Sequence record: MK773491.1
DNA length: 64,000 nucleotides
Direction: 5' to 3' (one strand)
Below are positions 63,662-64,000 of the stretch, piece by piece. The notes under the pieces were generated by a model that did no database searches, was not told where the DNA came from, and was given only the letters and a program-made list of their open reading frames with translations. A program made the translations under genes and the position numbers. Each line of letters starts with the position of its first letter. The stretch's first letter is position 1.

Positions 63662-64000
63662 ATGGCAAATATGCTAAACAAATATGGTGTTCCTCTACCA
63701 AGTGGTAGAAATAAAACCATGCTTCAGCCAAAATCAAAATATAAATTCAGAGTGGTTGTATATAACTTTGGTACTGATATCAATGATCGTGATCACATAG
63801 CTCTAGATGTGGATCAAGTAGATAGACCATCGGTGACATTCAACACACAAAAAGTAGATATGTTCACTACTAATAGCTCATATGTTACTAAACATAACTG
63901 GAATCCTATTGTACTAACAATTAGAGATTCGGTAGGTAATGAATCCGCAAAAGCACTATCAAGACAGCTTCAAAAACAATTAGATTTTCCACGTAGAATT
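63662..64000 (+). CDS. second tail tube paralog (3' truncated by window; absent from the ORF track)
   Basis: MANMLNKYGVPLPSGR..MLQPKSKYKFRV..IRDSVGN, parallel to 62884 (MANMLDKYGVPLSGGG..MKQPKAKYKFRV..FRDSVGN). Confidence 0.8.
   Translation, partial: MANMLNKYGVPLPSGRNKTMLQPKSKYKFRVVVYNFGTDINDRDHIALDVDQVDRPSVTFNTQKVDMFTTNSSYVTKHNWNPIVLTIRDSVGNESAKALSRQLQKQLDFPRRI

Noticed and set aside
1-64000. CRISPR arrays, tRNA genes, rRNA, IS elements, reverse transcriptase/DGR
   Set aside because: By eye I found no regularly spaced direct repeats, cloverleaf with T-loop, transposase or RT motifs. A tRNAscan/CRISPR-finder run would be needed to exclude them formally.

Overview
This 64 kb window is AT-rich, gene-dense and almost entirely + strand. 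It comes from a T4-related jumbo myovirus. The gene set (ClpP, NadV/NatV, PIN-PhoH, TROVE, HPF, ACP-like, Dps-like, gp13/gp18/two gp19) resembles the RAK2/GAP32/121Q-type enterobacterial jumbo phages; that placement is inference, not a database result. Recognisable modules: (i) NAD salvage and counter-defence genes (NMNAT-NUDIX, NAMPT, Ntn protease, Acb1-like 2H phosphoesterase, sirtuin, NUDIX, receiver domain, PIN-PhoH); (ii) an nrdD-grcA-nrdG cassette bracketed by near-identical terminators; (iii) three paralogous virion/fibre proteins; (iv) nucleotidyltransferase, 2OG-oxygenase, ACP-like and spanin genes; (v) RNA-repair and translation-support genes (RNA ligase, TROVE-vWA, a second 2H enzyme, HPF, CCA enzyme, PTH2-like, macrodomain); (vi) neck, dNMP kinase, sheath and tube genes. 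The most striking unexplained element is a non-coding unit of about 490 nt (about 38817-39304). It has its own promoter and terminator, a 13-bp helix joining its ends followed by ACCA, and many nested hairpins, so it is a candidate large ornate ncRNA. Two regulatory patterns also recur: a six-copy promoter class GGGACAAA-N-(T/G)GTG(A/C)TATA(A/C)T, and late TAAATA promoters embedded in hairpins that sequester the ribosome-binding sites of spanin, neck, sheath and tube genes. No tRNA, rRNA or CRISPR array was seen. All helices were found by eye, and all family calls rest on motif recognition without searches.
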